This document shows positions 60,101 through 64,000 of a stretch of 64,000 bases of DNA, in pieces. A program made the translations under genes and the position numbers. Source of the stretch: Euprymna scolopes (Eukaryota); the NCBI GenBank assembly GCA_053919585.1, contig CM132827.1; one strand, given 5' to 3'. Under the pieces are notes generated by a model that saw only the letters and a list, made by a program, of their open reading frames with translations, did no database searches and had not been told where the DNA came from. How positions within the stretch are numbered: the first letter of the stretch is position 1; each line of letters begins with the position of its first letter.

Positions 60101-63100
60101 CTATTGAACTAAGGCATGGTTCTAAAACAAGATTTCAACTCGGCGCCGAAGAAGACGGACGCATGTAATCTCGCTCATTGCCTATTGAACTAAGGCATGG
60201 TTCTAAAACAAGATTTCAACTCGGCGCCGAAGAAGACGGACGCATGTAATCTCGCTCATTGCCTATTGAACTAAGGCATGGTTCTAAAACAAGATTTCAA
60301 CTCGGCGCCGAAGAAGACGGACGCATGTAATCTCGCTCCGTGCCTATTGAACTAAGGCATGGTTCTAAAACAAGATTTCAACTCGGCGCCGAAGAAGACG
60401 GACGCATGTAATCTCGCTCATTGCCTATTGAACTAAGGCATGGTTCTAAAACAAGATTTCAACTCGGCGCCGAAGAAGACGGACGCATGTAATCTCGCTC
60501 CGTGTCTATTGAACTAAGGCATGGTTCTAAAACAAGATTTCAACTCGGCGCCGAAGAAGACGGACGCATGTAATCTCGCTCCGTGCCTATTGAACTAAGG
60601 CATGGTTCTAAAACAAGATTTCAACTCGGCGCCAAAGAAGACGGACGCATGTAATCTCGCTCCGTGTCTATTGAACTAAGGCATGGTTCTAAAACAAGAT
60701 TTCAACTCAGCGCCGAAGAAGACGGACGCATGTAATCTCGCTCCGTGCCTATTGAACTAAGGCATGGTTCTAAAACAAGATTTCAACTCGGCGCCGAAGA
60801 AGACGGACGCATGTAATCTCGCTCCGTGCCTATTGAACTAAGGCATGGTTCTAAAACAAGATTTCAACTCGGCGCCGAAGAAGACGGACGCATGTAATCT
60901 CGCTCATTGCCTATTGAACTAAGGCATGGTTCTAAAACAAGATTTCAACTCGGCGCCGAAGAAGACGGACGCATGTAATCTCGCTCCGTGTCTATTGAAC
61001 TAAGGCATGGTTCTAAAACAAGATTTAAACTCAGCGCCGAAGAAGACGGACGCATGTAATCTCGCTCCGTGCCTATTGAACTAAGGCATGGTTCTAAAAC
61101 AAGATTTCAACTCGGCGCCGAAGAAGACGGACGCATGTAATCTCGCTCATTGCCTATTGAACTAAGGCATGGTTCTAAAACAAGATTTCAACTCGGCGCC
61201 GAAGAAGACGGACGCATGTAATCTCGCTCCGTGTCTATTGAACTAAGGCATGGTTCTAAAACAAGATTTCAACTCGGCGCCGAAGAAGACGGACGCATGT
61301 AATCTCGCTCCGTGTCTATTGAACTAAGGCATGGTTCTAAAACAAGATTTCAACTCGGCGCCGAAGAAGACGGACGCATGTAATCTCGCTCCGTGTCTAT
61401 TGAACTAAGGCATGGTTCTAAAACAAGATTTCAACTCAGCGCCGAAGAAGACGGACGCATGTAATCTCGCTCCGTGCCTATTGAACTAAGGCATGGTTCT
61501 AAAATAAGATTTCAACTCGGCGCCGAAGAAGACGGACGCATGTAATCTCGCTCCGTGCCTATTGAACTAAGGCATGGTTCTAAAACAAGATTTCAACTCG
61601 GCGCCGAAGAAGACGGACGCATGTAATCTCGCTCATTGCCTATTGAACTAAGGCATGGTTCTAAAACAAGATTTCAACTCGGCGCCGAAGAAGACGGACG
61701 CATGTAATCTCGCTCCGTGACTATTGAACTAAGGCATGGTTCTAAAACAAGATTTCAACTCGGCGCCGAAGAAGACGGACGCATGTAATCTCGCTCATTG
61801 CCTATTGAACTAAGGCATGGTTCTAAAACAAGATTTCAACTCGGCGCCGAAGAAGACGGACGCATGTAATCTCGCTCCGTGCCTATTGAACTAAGGCATG
61901 GTTCTAAAACAAGATTTCAACTCGGCGCCGAAGAAGACGGACGCATGTAATCTCGCTCATTGCCTATTGAACTAAGGCATGGTTCTAAAACAAGATTTCA
62001 ACTCAGCGCCGAAGAAGACGGACGCATGTAATCTCGCTCCGTGTCTATTGAAATAAGGCATGGTTCTAAAACAAGATTTCAACTCGGCGCCGAAGAAGAC
62101 GGACGCATGTAATCTCGCTCATTGCCTATTGAACTAAGGCATGGTTCTAAAACAAGATTTCAACTCGGCGCCGAAGAAGACGGACGCATGTAATCTCGCT
62201 CCGTGCCTATTGAACTAAGGCATGGTTCTAAAACAAGAATTCAACTCGGCGCAGAAGAAGACGGACGCATGTAATCTCGCTCATTGCCTATTGAACTAAG
62301 GCATGGTTCTAAAACAAGATTTCAACTCGGCGCCGAAGAAGACGGACGCATGTAATCTCGCTCCGTGCCTATTGAACTAAGGCATGGTTCTAAAACAAGA
62401 TTTCAACTCGGCGCCGAAGAAGACGGACGCATGTAATCTCGCTCATTGCCTATTGAACTAAGGCATGGTTCTATAACAAGATTTCAACTCGGCGCCGAAG
62501 AAGACGGACGCATGTAATCTCGCTCCGTGCCTATTGAACTAAGGCATGGTTCTAAAACAAGATTTCAACTCGGCGCCGAAGAAGACGGACGCATGTAATC
62601 TCGCTCCGTGCCTATTGAACTAAGGCATGGTTCTAAAACAAGATTTCAACTCGGCGCCGAAGAAGACGGACGCATGTAATCTCGCTCATTGCCTATTGAA
62701 CTAAGGCATGGTTCTAATACAAGATTTCAACTCGGCGCCGAAGAAGACGGACGCATGTAATCTCGCTCCGTGCCTATTGAACTAAGGCATGGTTCTAAAA
62801 CAAGATTTCAACTCGGCGCCGAAGAAGACGGACGCATGTAATCTCGCTCCGTGTCTATTGAACTAAGGCATGGTTCTAAAACAAGATTTAAACTCAGCGC
62901 CGAAGAAGACGGACGCATGTAATCTCGCTCCGTGCCTATTGAACTAAGGCATGGTTCTAAAACAAGATTTCAACTCGGCGCCGAAGAAGACGGACGCATG
63001 TAATCTCGCTCATTGCCTATTGAACTAAGGCATGGTTCTAAAACAAGATTTCAACTCGGCGCCGAAGAAGACGGACGCATGTAATCTCGCTCCGTGTCTA

Positions 63101-64000
63101 TTGAACTAAGGCATGGTTCTAAAACAAGATTTCAACTCAGCGCCGAAGAAGACGGACGCATGTAATCTCGCTCCGTGCCTATTGAACTAAGGCATGGTTC
63201 TAAAACAAGATTTCAACTCGGCGCCGAAGAAGACGGACGCATGTAATCTCGCTCCGTGCCTATTGAACTAAGGCATGGTTCTAAAACAAGATTTCAACTC
63301 GGCGCCGAAGAAGACGGACGCATGTAATCTCGCTCATTGCCTATTGAACTAAGGCATGGTTCTAAAACAAGATTTCAACTCGGCGCCGAAGAAGACGGAC
63401 GCATGTAATCTCGCTCCATGTCTATTGAACTAAGGCATGGTTCTAAAACAAGATTTCAACTCAGCGCCGAAGAAGACGGACGCATGTAATCTCGCTCCGT
63501 GCCTATTGAACTAAGGCATGGTTCTAAAACAAGATTTCAACTCAGCGCCGAAGAAGACGGACGCATGTAATCTCGCTCCGTGTCTATTGAACTAAGGCAT
63601 GGTTCTAAAACAAGATTTCAACTCGGCGCCGAAGAAGACAAACGCATGTAATCTCGCTTCGTGTCTATTGAACTAAGGCATGGTTCTAAAACAAGATTTC
63701 AACTCGGCGCCGAAGAAGACGGACGCATGTAATCTCGCTCCGTGCCTATTGAACTAAGGCATGGTTCTAAAACAAGATTTCAACTCGGCGCCGAAGAAGA
63801 CGGACGCATGTAATCTCGCTCCGTGTCTATTGAACTAAGGCATGGTTCTAAAACAAGATTTCAACTCGGTGCCGAAGAAGACGGACGCATGTAATCTCGC
63901 TCCGTGCCTATTGAACTAAGGCATGGTTCTAAAACAAGATTTCAACTCGGCGCCGAAGAAGACATACGCATGTAATCTCGCTCCGTGTCTATTGAACTAA
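51140..64000. repeat. 81-bp satellite array, ~159 units, continues past window end
   Basis: Unit GATTTCAACTCGGCGCCGAAGAAGACGGACGCATGTAATCTCGCTCCGTG(T/C)CTATTGAACTAAGGCATGGTTCTAAAACAA; period 81 (51221 to 51302); first unit divergent. Confidence 0.99.

Noticed and set aside
51140-64000. CRISPR array
   Set aside because: Units are contiguous near-identical 81-mers with no unique spacers, there are no cas genes, and the context is eukaryotic.

Overview
This is AT-rich eukaryotic (invertebrate-type) genomic DNA with two assembly gaps (4502-4653, 39124-39345), made almost entirely of repeats. The only clear host gene is a minus-strand C2H2 zinc-finger gene (about 11.3-13.2 kb) with 7+7 fingers separated by 26-aa degenerate repeats. 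Mobile elements: a full-length but disabled Gypsy/Ty3 element (30310-35696, near-identical LTRs, GGGCA TSD), a decayed second Gypsy-like element, an internally deleted BEL/Pao element, a mariner relic, solo LTRs, truncated LINEs, non-autonomous Helitrons and palindromic MITEs. There are two minisatellites and an 81-bp satellite array of more than 12.8 kb that runs off the window end. Most notable: (1) a dispersed family of short elements with a U2 snRNA-derived head (six head-bearing copies plus one tail-only fragment), whose branch-point-recognition sequence is folded into a hairpin and three of which are stacked head-to-tail inside each other's U2 heads; (2) a BEL/Pao integrase with a C-terminal TAF3-like PHD finger, followed almost immediately by the CpG-rich 81-bp satellite, which has higher-order structure; (3) a solo LTR plus a copy of the zinc-finger gene's 3' end inserted together inside the mariner transposase. 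All family assignments come from motif recognition by eye; no database searches were run.
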